Assembly: GCA_973895155.1 (NCBI GenBank)
Contig: OZ316895.1
Coordinates: 21,836,558-21,900,557, forward strand
Direction of reading: 5' to 3'
DNA: 64,000 nucleotides
DNA from: Marsupella aquatica
Lineage: Eukaryota > Plantae > Marchantiophyta
In this document: positions 23,730 to 34,304 of the stretch, piece by piece
How positions within the stretch are numbered: position 1 is the stretch's first letter
Layout: each line of letters opens with the position of its first letter
Translations under genes and position numbers: made by a program
The notes under the pieces: model-generated
Databases searched by the model: none
Told to the model about the DNA's origin: nothing
What the model saw: only the letters and a program-made list of their open reading frames with translations

Positions 23730-26333
23730 ATGAGGACCATTGGTTCGCTACTGAGGGCACATCTGCGTGGACGGCGACGAATTTTAAAGACTCCAGAGCT
23801 TTCGACCTTGCTGCTATCAGGTACGTTGGATGCCAAGACTGGTAGAGTCTCAAGGGTCAACGATGATGGACATCCTGTGGCTGGCTTGGCTGCACATGCC
23901 CTTGATTTTTCTGGTCGTACCCAAATTTTCTGCAGTGGCTTTCGTGCTTTTCATTCGACATCCAGCACTGGGTATCGTTTTGGGGATACAAAGGAATGGA
24001 AAGTTTATGATGTACAAGCATTCGCTCAATACTACAGATACCGTCCATTTAAAGTGGCCTACAGGACCATAAACCTCATCTCAGAGGTTTTCCTGTTGAG
24101 CATTGGGCTTGTTGTGGAGAAAGATATTCACAGGAGGGCAGAAAGGCTGAGGCATACCCTTGTTCGTTTGGGGGCCTTCTATGTCAAATTGGGTCAGGCT
24201 CTTAGTACTCGGCCAGATATTCTCCCGAGTGTGTATTGCGAGGAGCTGGCCAAATTGCAGGACCATGTGCCTCCCTATCCAACACCTTATGCTCTGGAGT
24301 TTCTGGAATCACAGCTTGGTTTACCTGCCTGCGAGCTATATGCATACATCACACCCGAACCTGTGGCAGCAGCCTCTCTCGGTCAGGTTTACAAAGCACG
24401 CCTGCATTCTGGGGAGATGGTGGCTGTCAAGGTGCAAAGGCCAGGGGTTACTGACCGGTTGGCTCTTGATTCATATCTTCTATGGTTACTTGGTGGGCCA
24501 CTGCAGCGATTTGCTGGGGCTCGGAGTGATCTTCTTGCCATGATCAGTGAGGTGGTTGAGCGAATGTTTGAAGAGGTTGATTATGTTCGTGAAGGAAATA
24601 ATGCAGAGCGCTTCAACAAACTGTATGGGACCAGTCAGGATGATTATTCAGAGCCTAAAGTCTGGCATGGACTGCAGAGGGTTAGCTTGAAGTTGAATGA
24701 GAACAGTATGGAAGGAATTATTAAGGTTCCTAAAGTTTACTGGGATCTGACTAGTAGAGGAGTTCTAACCATGGAGTGGGTGGATGGCTTGAAGCTCACA
24801 GACGAAGAGGCACTCAGAAATGCTAATCTGGATACTCAGAGTATTGTCGATCAGGGGGTATTTTGTTCTCTTCGCCAATTATTAGAGGAGGGTTTCTTCC
24901 ATGCGGATCCTCACCCGGGAAACCTTTTGGTAACCAAGGGGGGTGTACTCGCTTATTTTGACTTTGGCATGATGAGTGAATTCCCGAAGGAGTACCGCAT
25001 TGGTCTGATTCGAACAATTGTTCATTTTGTTAATCGAGATTCGTTGGGGTTGGCTGAAGATTTTAAAGTTCTGGGATTTATTTCAAAAGATACTGACACT
25101 ACACCAATTGCTCAAGCTCTTGGTCACACGTTTGAAGTAGAGGGATCAACAGGTAGACTAGATTTCCAGGGAATCATGGCTCAATTGTCAGAAGTCATGT
25201 ACCAATTCAAATTTCGATTGCCTCCAGAGTACGCAATGGTCATCAGAGCGTTGGGCTCCCTGGAGGGCACAGCTACTACTCTCGATCCTGGTTTCAAAGT
25301 GGTTGCTAGTGCATATCCTTTCATAATTGGACGCCTTTTGGCTGATCCAGATCCAGCAATGCGAGAGATTCTTAGAGAATTGCTCATAAGGAGCAATGGA
25401 TCTATTCGTTGGCACCGTTTAGAGCGCTTGGTGTTCGCCATTGCTGAGCAATCTACATCCACAAGCGAGGATGAAAACAAAGCAAAAGCATGGCAAGCTC
25501 GTGATGGATTGGGTCAGAGAGCAGCTTCTGGAATCAGAGGCGCCTTTAACACTCGTGCTGTGGCATCTGCAACGATGGACGTTATCTACTACATTTTGTC
25601 AGAAAAAGGTGTACGGATTCGAACTCTCCTGGTCCAGGACATCACACAAAATTTTGACTATGTGTTCCAGAAGTCTGTTGCACAGTTGTTGGATGTGAAG
25701 GAGATTTTCGAAGACTCCAACATGACAAACATGGGGCAGGACAGGCAAGGATTCCGGTCAGTTTCTTCCAACCCAAACCAATACGTCCATCCTGAGGATA
25801 TCCCACCAAAGCAAGTCCATCAACCATTGGGTTGGAGTTACTACACCTCGGCAAGTTATTGGGGTAGGATGGCTGCGAGAAAGGTTGCTGGAGAGTTCGT
25901 ATGGAGAACTGCTGAGAACGAGAAAGGAACGCCTTATGTAGGTCAGGGAATAGACAATAGCCCACATTTAGGAAAGTCAACAGAAAAAAATAGCAATGAT
26001 GGAGGAGAGGGTTCAGACTCCAACAAGGGCAAGGACGATGCTAGTTCAGACGGTCCAAGAGTGGATGACTTCACTCGATTCAAAAAGGGATTCCAAGCTT
26101 TCGCAAACGCAGTGGACTCAGCACCGGAGATTTGGATCCCATTATTGACTCGACTTGCTTGTAACCCTGAAGCTCGTTCGTTAGCCGCTGCAATCACTTC
26201 ATCTCTTAGTGAAATTCATTGTAGTCGAACATCAGAAGCTTCCTTCCTTTTGATGTCAAAGGGTTTGCGCAATTGTGAAACAAGCGATTTCCAAGGTCAG
26301 CATAAAAAGGATTTTTCGGAAAATAAAGTATGA
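23730..26333 (+). CDS. ABC1K: ABC1/UbiB-family atypical kinase (867 aa, intronless CDS; resembles the ABC1K2-type subgroup)
   Basis: Motifs YVKLGQALSTRPD, PVAAASLGQVYKA, VAVKVQRP, GFFHADPHPGN, DFGMM; Arg-rich N-terminus suggests organelle targeting. Confidence 0.93.
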   Translation: MRTIGSLLRAHLRGRRRILKTPELSTLLLSGTLDAKTGRVSRVNDDGHPVAGLAAHALDFSGRTQIFCSGFRAFHSTSSTGYRFGDTKEWKVYDVQAFAQYYRYRPFKVAYRTINLISEVFLLSIGLVVEKDIHRRAERLRHTLVRLGAFYVKLGQALSTRPDILPSVYCEELAKLQDHVPPYPTPYALEFLESQLGLPACELYAYITPEPVAAASLGQVYKARLHSGEMVAVKVQRPGVTDRLALDSYLLWLLGGPLQRFAGARSDLLAMISEVVERMFEEVDYVREGNNAERFNKLYGTSQDDYSEPKVWHGLQRVSLKLNENSMEGIIKVPKVYWDLTSRGVLTMEWVDGLKLTDEEALRNANLDTQSIVDQGVFCSLRQLLEEGFFHADPHPGNLLVTKGGVLAYFDFGMMSEFPKEYRIGLIRTIVHFVNRDSLGLAEDFKVLGFISKDTDTTPIAQALGHTFEVEGSTGRLDFQGIMAQLSEVMYQFKFRLPPEYAMVIRALGSLEGTATTLDPGFKVVASAYPFIIGRLLADPDPAMREILRELLIRSNGSIRWHRLERLVFAIAEQSTSTSEDENKAKAWQARDGLGQRAASGIRGAFNTRAVASATMDVIYYILSEKGVRIRTLLVQDITQNFDYVFQKSVAQLLDVKEIFEDSNMTNMGQDRQGFRSVSSNPNQYVHPEDIPPKQVHQPLGWSYYTSASYWGRMAARKVAGEFVWRTAENEKGTPYVGQGIDNSPHLGKSTEKNSNDGGEGSDSNKGKDDASSDGPRVDDFTRFKKGFQAFANAVDSAPEIWIPLLTRLACNPEARSLAAAITSSLSEIHCSRTSEASFLLMSKGLRNCETSDFQGQHKKDFSENKV

Positions 26334-28561
26334 TTGATGAAAGGTGTAGTATTTTGTCTTCTATTAGTAGGAACCGATCAATTTGCGTATCTGGCTGTAG
26401 TGTTTCTCATGCACTTTCCTCCACTTGTGTGAAATTCACGAAAATTGAGGCTCAAGCTAGGATACACAACATCATTGGCTCCAAAAATTTCACAGAACAT
26501 TTAGAAACTTTGATTGCCAAGAGTTTTAGTTTTGGGGCAGTGGAAGTGTGCAGTACAGTTTACAAGTCTGTTCGACCATGAAAGTAATGCTGAAAAGGAA
26601 GATGCCCAGTCGTCTTAAAGTGAAGGACCAAAGCATGGAGTAACAACAGATGTCCACAGTTACCTGCATTCCAACTTCGAAAGAGAAGCACAGAAAGTTA
26701 AAACTAACGCAGTCAGGATTTCTTCTGTGGCAAATTTAAAGGTACAGAGTACCCGACGACACTCGTGTGTCTTAACAAGCAATCATTCTCTGAGCTACTT
26801 GTTGCGGACCAGAAGTCTACCGAATGTGAAATCAAACTAGTTCAATTTCAGTATCTCTTTCTGTGGCAGCAATGGAAAAAGCAAAACTTAGGTACCTCCC
26901 CTAGATAGATGAGGAATCTCCCCGAAATGTCACAGACTTGACTAAAATTGCCAAAGCCATTGTCATGTCGTACATGTGCATTGACAACGTAATTTTGTGG
27001 CACAATATGTCGAGACAAACTGGGGAGAGCGCGAAGGAGTTGTCACTCCATCATCTCCACCTGACAATTGGAAATGTGGATGGCATTGGACCTGCAGGGC
27101 ATGGAAACAGATGGGGTGTAGATTTGGTTCTTGTCGTTCGGACTTTACAATCCAGTGTAAAATATGCACATTTATATATACTTACATACCTGTTATATGC
27201 CCAGTCAACAGGCAGACACTCCACCGGGCTACTGTTCTACACTCCACACCGCTAGTGGGCTTATGTCAAGTACGGTGTTCCACCCAAGTAGTTCTGACTG
27301 ACCCTATTCACGTGATGAGCCACCTGGCTATCAAGATAATACAAATTAGTGTCTTCAGTTAAAACGCAAATTACACTAATAACAATTTTCATCAATTGTT
27401 CTAGCAATTTTTATCATCTTTGGGCATATTTCCTTTTTTCACTATTTGCAGAATTTTTTGGAATCCACTTAGTATGAAAAATTTCTGACCAGATTGACGT
27501 CACAGTTTGGGATGGATGCGCCATTGAGAGGGAAATCAATTGAATGCTGTACTTCTTAGGCAATTTGGACTACTTTGTCTTGGCGCTAAAATTTGGGTCT
27601 CCAAGGTTTGTTTTGCAGGTTTCAAGAGCAATCAGTTATTCCATCTCGGTCCTCAGACTGCTCAAAGATGTTCAGTCAAATTGCCGTTAGTTTCTTTTAT
27701 TGAGTAAGTTGCGTTTGTTTCCAATTACGTTGCTTTCTATTCGATTGATTATGCTGTTCTCCTTCTTTCATGACTGTTCAATCGAGTTTGCAATTTCAAG
27801 CATTTTCTGGCAGACAATATTCTGCATTGCAATCGCTTCGGCTACTTCAAGCTCAATCAAGGTTGCAGTTGGACTAAGTTCTGAGTGAGCAAGTTAGTGA
27901 GAAGGGGAGGCTAATACAGCGCAAAATTTGGATCAAATTGTCAAACAGCGCGGTCACTTATGGATTATACCAAGTGATCCTATATTGCGAGGACAGGAAA
28001 TTTGAAGTCTGGTAAAACTAATAGCAGCAGGAGTGTAGTTACTCTTGGTTTCTCTAGGGCGTCAATGAAATTTTCCCAAGCGAGAGAACTGTTACAATAT
28101 AGAGGAAGCAAGTCCCACGTTGTTTTATTCTGGACCCTCCTTTCCCATGTGTTCAAAATTCGTCCTCCGACATTCTCATGGGCTAAGGTGGGAATCTGGT
28201 ACGTACATTCACAGCAGTAAGCTCACTTTCTCTGGACTTCTGAATTTCTGTTACCTGGACTGTGCTCATTAAGCTCTAGCCATGCAAGGCGAGATACAAA
28301 CCGTGGGTGCAGATTGGTAAAGGTGCTCCGGACGATCCTGATCGTCATTGTGGGCGTTAGGAATCAAGGATGATCAACGATTTAATCCAATCCTGGGATA
28401 CCAGAAGAATCGTAACATATTACAAGACAGTGGAATCCACAAAATACCGTGATGATCACAGTCACGCTGGCCACAGGGCAAAGTCGATCGAGAGTTGAGT
28501 CCATTGTTGTCCGATTTCACGAATTCGTTAGGTAGTCTTCAACCTTGTGCGAGTTGACATC

Positions 28562-31500
28562 ATGGAAGTCACTCTGGCAATTATCAAGCCAGATGCCCTT
28601 GAGGCGGGATTTAAGAATGAGATCCTTCACACTCTACAATGTCACAAATTCGTAATCTTGAAGCAAGGCAGATTTAAGGTGAGGTTGTGCTTTGCATTTG
28701 CCTTTGTATTCCGTTCTGGACCCACCGTCCTGTATTGATGGTTTGTGACACAAAAGTTCTTACGTTTGCTCTTGTAGGGACACCGTAACGAGGGCTGTGA
28801 ATCTCCCGTAGGCACATGAAGTTTTCTGGTCTTCTTAGATTTGTAATTCTTGGAGTCCAAATTATAGAGGACTTTCTCATCCAGCCAGCATGAATATTCG
28901 TCTAGCTGCACGACAGTAAACATAATTGAGTTTTGGGTTGATCATTAAATACCACCATGGTTAGCCTGGTCAACTTGCCTGCTGACCGACTTAGTTTTTC
29001 TTTGTGGTAATAAGTTCACCTGAAGACCCAATTAAATATCAAAGTATCCTCGTTGAATGTATTCCTTCATCTTGGAACGAGCTCTTCGCCCGCGCAGTAA
29101 CAAACAGTCCACTGGCAAATCACCTTCAATGCGCATGTGAAAAATTGGAAGAAGGGCCTAGGTTGACCAAACTTAATTTCCACCTCGTGCTCGTCTTTGA
29201 AATTTTCTGAAAAGTTGCAATCCATGCTGCTGTTTTTTCACTTCAAAAATCACAATCCATGATTCCCTGGCCTTGGGGCATATGCAAGAGTTAGTTATCA
29301 TGTATATCACCCCTAGTATCCATTTATATCTGCGACTTTTTCTCCTCAGGTCCGGAATGTAGACTCCGTAAGCTTCGCGGTCACTGGCAATGTTTAAGTC
29401 CTGCGTACGATGTCTAATTGAAATTTGCATTAGGGACTTTTATTCATCGTCATTGCCACTCACTTGAGTTATATGTGATCTGCAAGTGCAATCTGAAATT
29501 GCGCTCACTCTGTGACTGTCTTTTGAATGCATATGTGCAATATGCTGGCCATAGCGCGGGTAAACTTGCTTGCTCAGTTGGTAAGCTTGATTGTAGGTTT
29601 GATAGCTTCAGGTTTAGAATCTCCTTGATATGGATGGGACAATTTAATCTTACCCGCGTTAGCTGTGTCCAGCAATTGCTAGTAAAGGAAACCGGCCTTT
29701 TGTTCCTTCGGGCCTGTTAGGGAGCGGAGGCTATCATATCAATGCAGTTGAAATCTATTCCACACAGTCTAGTGTTCGCAGTGCTCGTTCCATCACCCCT
29801 CGCAGGCTTTTACAGCTCACAATTGACTTGCATGTTCGTGGACTGAAATGAAATTGAAGCCTTTGCGTGGGCCGGGGCCGAGAGAGAGTGAGTCCCACCA
29901 GCACACGACAGAGAACTGACTGTATATATCTTTGTTACTGTGTACAAAGCAGTTCACTCGATTGAGAGCAGAAGAGTTTTACGAAGCTTTTATCAATGAA
30001 CCCTACTTCGAAACCATGATCCAATACATGATGCGGTACCCTCTCATAGCTCTGAAAACCTTTCCATTACAGAGTTCAGTCTCCTTCCTTCACCGTTTGG
30101 AGACTGTCTTGAGTCTGCAGCAATCTTGGATGCCTACAATGAACTAGGATGCTTCTTGCAACAATATCTTCAGAATTGCAGAGAGTCTGGTACCTGAGTA
30201 AAAGTAGGCTACGTACTAGATCGATTGACATGACAAAGGAAGGAGTTCAGAATACTCTCCGTCTGAAGAAGAGCTAGAAGAAAGTGACATTTATTTTTTG
30301 GATCCATCATCATTTTGCTGTATCACGTGAGTATCTCATGAGCAAAGTGGCTGTAATCAGAACAGCCGACCCATATATGTCATGGTGTTGTCCCGAGGGC
30401 TTGGCAACTGCGTTCGTGCCTTCAGAAATCTCATGGGGCCTAAGGATGCAACCAAAGCCCGCAAGACTCATCCAAAGAGGTATGTGGTTTCAGAATTCAA
30501 TGTGACATACAGTGCCTTTTCCTGCTTCTCAAAGTGACGTACTGGGATCCAAGAAATGATTCTTCAATAAACTAACGGCTTTCAGATATGAGAACACATT
30601 GTCAATTGTCTTTGTTGGCATAGCAGTATCTATGAAGTGTCAACGAGAAAAATTTAAGCTAGACATAAGGCAACCGTCCAGAAATGTTAGTCCAGGCAAA
30701 AGAGCACAGGCTGGAAACAAAATATTAGCAACAGTCCATCCTGCTCTCCTTTTGGCAACCTGAAAAACCAGACCATATATGTACTCACCGTGGGAAGTAC
30801 CGCTTGAGCAAGAGTACAAAGTACCAGCTACAAACATACCACTTTTACTGTATACAAGACAGACTGTCCATCCTTTCGAATGCAATACTTTTCATGTTAT
30901 CCTGCCTTTTATTTTGGGCGCTCTAAACTGTTACCCACGTCCTATATGATGCCCAGGGCTCTACATTTTAATACTGCCTCACTCTCTGCTACTTAAATAA
31001 AATTAGAACTTAGAAGACTTCTGTTTTCCAAATTTGGTGGATTTCAGTGTAAAACATAAAACTTTAAAAGCAGTCTTCCCAAAACTTCCATATAACAATA
31101 TGAGCAGTTTCAAATTGATCTGCTTCGATGAAGATTTTAAATATAAACTGTCATCGTTATTGTTGTTATAAATCCCAATTCCTGGCGAGTTTGTAGGTCC
31201 TGTTTTTAGAGAAAAGTCATATAAGTGTGTTTTGCAAGTATTTTTCCCATCCATACATGCCCAACTTTCTTTTAAAGTTACAGTTTTGAATTCTTTGAGA
31301 TACGATCTACAACAGTATCATCCCTTAAACAGGGAATTATATTAACACTGCCTTCAATAGAAATATGTTGTAAAACTGTAAGGTGAGTCATGAAGATATT
31401 GCTAGTGATATGCATGCCTTTAGACGTGCAGTTTAAGGGCATTGTATGGAAAAGGGGGATTCACCAATGGAGTACACGGCAGCTTCTCAAAAGAAATTGC

Positions 31501-32455
31501 ACATGGCGAGGTCAAATTTTTCTTCCCTGCTAGTAAGTTTCTCTGCTTCTCTGGTCCAAACAATGCATAATTATATGTAGAAAGAGCTAACCTTATCATC
31601 TCAAATTAATTTCTGTTTTGGGATAGTAGCTGTGATCCATCAAGCACCCAAGTAAGTAATATTGCGCCAAGACAACAGTGTTCAATAATCCCAATTGGAT
31701 CCCTATCACTGGGCACCAACATATATCTACATGGGGTATGGATACCTTTTCTGTAAATGGCCTTATTTGCATAGGTCTGCAAGCGTTGGTCAGTAGCTGA
31801 CTACTAACTGTAGAAATCCATAAAGAGATTGAACTATGCATGTTACTGCTGCAGTGGCATTGGAGCCACCTCCAAGAAAGGAAATGGCTGACCAGTACTT
31901 TGAATCTAATATCAAGAATGTCTTAGGAAGAGGCCTTTGTATGCTCATCAAAGCCAGGCCCGGTGATACATTGACGGCATGCGTATCCTTTCCAACACAA
32001 TGTTTTCTGATTAAAACTGCGCCATATAGGTACATTGGAGTTAGGTGCCAGTGAGCTTAATAGAGTCCACAAAGTAAAGGTCCAGTGTCTTCACTACTCC
32101 ACATTATTTTACTCCACATTCACAAATTAATGCATTTTGGGATAGTAGCATTGACATATTTTCATTATCTTGTTGCATTCTCATATGCTCTATGCTAGAT
32201 TCACACTCACCTACACTATGGATGGATCAGGCTTTCTCTCCATATGTCAAAGTTCTCAAAAGCTGGCCTTAACTCAAGCAATAACTACAGAAATTCCTTG
32301 CAGAGTGGTTGCACGAAAATAATCCATGTCGATATAAAGTTATAGAAGATGATTCAGAACCTACCACAAAAGTCCCTAACATGAAAGCTCCTCAAATACG
32401 TCCTGAAAGCCCATGTTGCCCATACTCTTTCTTCCCACCCTGCGCTCGAGGCTGA
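28562..32455 (+). CDS. NME5: Nucleoside diphosphate kinase with C-terminal Dpy-30 domain (NME5/NDK5/RSP23-like ciliary protein, ~235 aa)
   Basis: Exons 28562-28678, 29953-30035, 30366-30479, 31432-31532, 31855-31982, 32291-32455 join in frame: TLAIIKPDA, AEEFY, FRNLMGP..ARKTHPKSLRALYG, NGVHGS (catalytic His), EVKFFFP, then Dpy-30-like VLGRGLCMLIKARPGD..FLAEWLHENNP. Confidence 0.88.
31983..32290 (+). other. U12-type (minor spliceosome) GT-AG intron
   Basis: 5' site GTATCCTTT (31983-31991); branch site CCTTAAC (32267-32273) ~18 nt before CAG; no polypyrimidine tract; splicing keeps the frame. Confidence 0.85.
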
Positions 32456-33379
32456 TTAGAACTTACAACCAAGCAGAGGTTTTCCTACATGAATTGAATG
32501 ACAATTTTGCACTAGTTCCTCCTACCATGCATATCCATTGAAGATTGCATTTCCACCTGGGCCAACTAAGGAAAATGCCTTCCTGGTATTTTGATAACAT
32601 TAAAACCAGAAAAGTCATAGTCAGAGATAGCAAAAAGCAATGAGCTTTCTTATTTGGCCAACTAGGTCAAAAGCTATATTAACCAGAGCTAACAGTATGG
32701 TCATACAACAGACAAACTGGACAAATCAGAGTTAGTCAAAAGATTTGTGGTCCAACAATATTGTACACTATTCATTACAGATAAATGATCAAAAAATACA
32801 CTCAAAATGCCAATTGTTTTGATATTGGCCCCTTGCAGGCTATCAGCTTTACTAGCTAGAGAGCAATGATTCCTATTTCATAACGATTGTGAGTAGATAC
32901 AATCTAGTACAATCTTGATCACTTGATGTGAAAACACCGACTTGGATGACACAATTTCACATAATTAGGCACCCCGCACCTAAGGAAAACTAAAATTTAA
33001 TACTACCCGTGTATAATAAGCCCAAAACTCCCATGGACCATCACCATGTGGTCCACTGGAGCATTGTGTCCAACATGGAGCTTTCAAGCATTGTGTTGGT
33101 CCATCCAAGCTTCACTTTCCCTCTTCACAAAGTCTACTTTTGCCAAAAAGTAAAAACTCAAAAGACTATGCTCCTTGGCCCATGGCACCCTGGTTTGAGC
33201 AGACAGGCAAGTTTACTTGTTGCCCAACACGTAAACTTGTCACATTAGGGCTCCAAAAAGGGCCAAATGACACATATTAGTCTATATTCCTCATCGGTCC
33301 CAAATTCTCTTGAACCCTTTCCCGGCCTGGTCCCAGGCTCCCCCGGACTCCTCCGGTTTAGCGAGCCGGTCCCCCAGTT

Positions 33380-33548
33380 CCGGGTCTGGGTCGGGTTGGG
33401 GCCAGGACCAGGGATTAGGGTTTGGGTTTGGGGTCGAGGCCGGGTCGGGATGGGGTTGGCGACCAGGAGGGGTCGGGCCGGGTCGGGCCGGGTCGGGTGG
33501 GTTTGGGACGGGGCAGTCGGGATGACCGGGTGTGACGGATGACGGGTC
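33380..33548 (+). repeat. G-rich low-complexity tract of GGG runs (CGGGTCGGG-type units) upstream of RH24
   Basis: Roughly 20 GGG runs separated by short spacers. Confidence 0.7.
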
Positions 33549-34304
33549 CAGACCCCTCATTTGCCCATCAAGGCCAAACAGGGCATGGAACCTAGTCCTA
33601 ATGAGCCCCCTACAGGGGAGGGAAAGTAAACCGAGGTCCAATGATTATCTGCTTCCGAGGTTTCCGCAGAAAAGACGAGGAAGACGAGGAAGTCGAAAAC
33701 CCACAAGTCCACATCGAGGTTCGGTGCACTTTGTGAAACGCTCCGAAACCTCACTCGTCGGATCTTCTCACGAGAGCTCGCTCTAGCAACGAACGACAGG
33801 AGAGCGATACTTGGAGGAGCGACTCGGATTTCGCGGATTCGGAGATCGTGGGATTTTTGCTTTTCTGTGGTCCTCTCCCGATTCTGTGGCCCCCTCTTGT
33901 GTTTGAGCTTCGTTGATTGTTGTTCGGTGAATTGGTTTGGAGTTCTGATCGAAATGTGGAGTTATTTTAGGGTAAACTTCTTGTGATCTTTCTGCTCTTT
34001 GAAGTCGGAGGAATTTGTGTACAGCGAATTGTGGAGGGCCGCCATAGTTAGGGTTGGAGGAAAGACGATGTAGAGGAGGATGACTTTGTAGTGTCACGGA
34101 AAGGATTCCGAGGATTTGGAGTTTCTTGCGGCGGGCGAAGAGGAAAGGAGCTCAGAGGGAAGGGGAGAGCGATGGAAAAGGAAGTCGATGAATTCGGCGT
34201 TTAGAGTTTGTGAAGTCAGGAGGCCAGTTTTGTGCCTCTCTTGCAGTGAACGAAAAGTAAGTCGCTTGGAGTTTTAGTTTTAGGGCGAGGGCAGGAGGAG
34301 AGCG

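Noticed and set aside
33267-33641. Pro-rich and Gly-rich ORFs on both strands
   Set aside because: Explained by the G-rich low-complexity tract.
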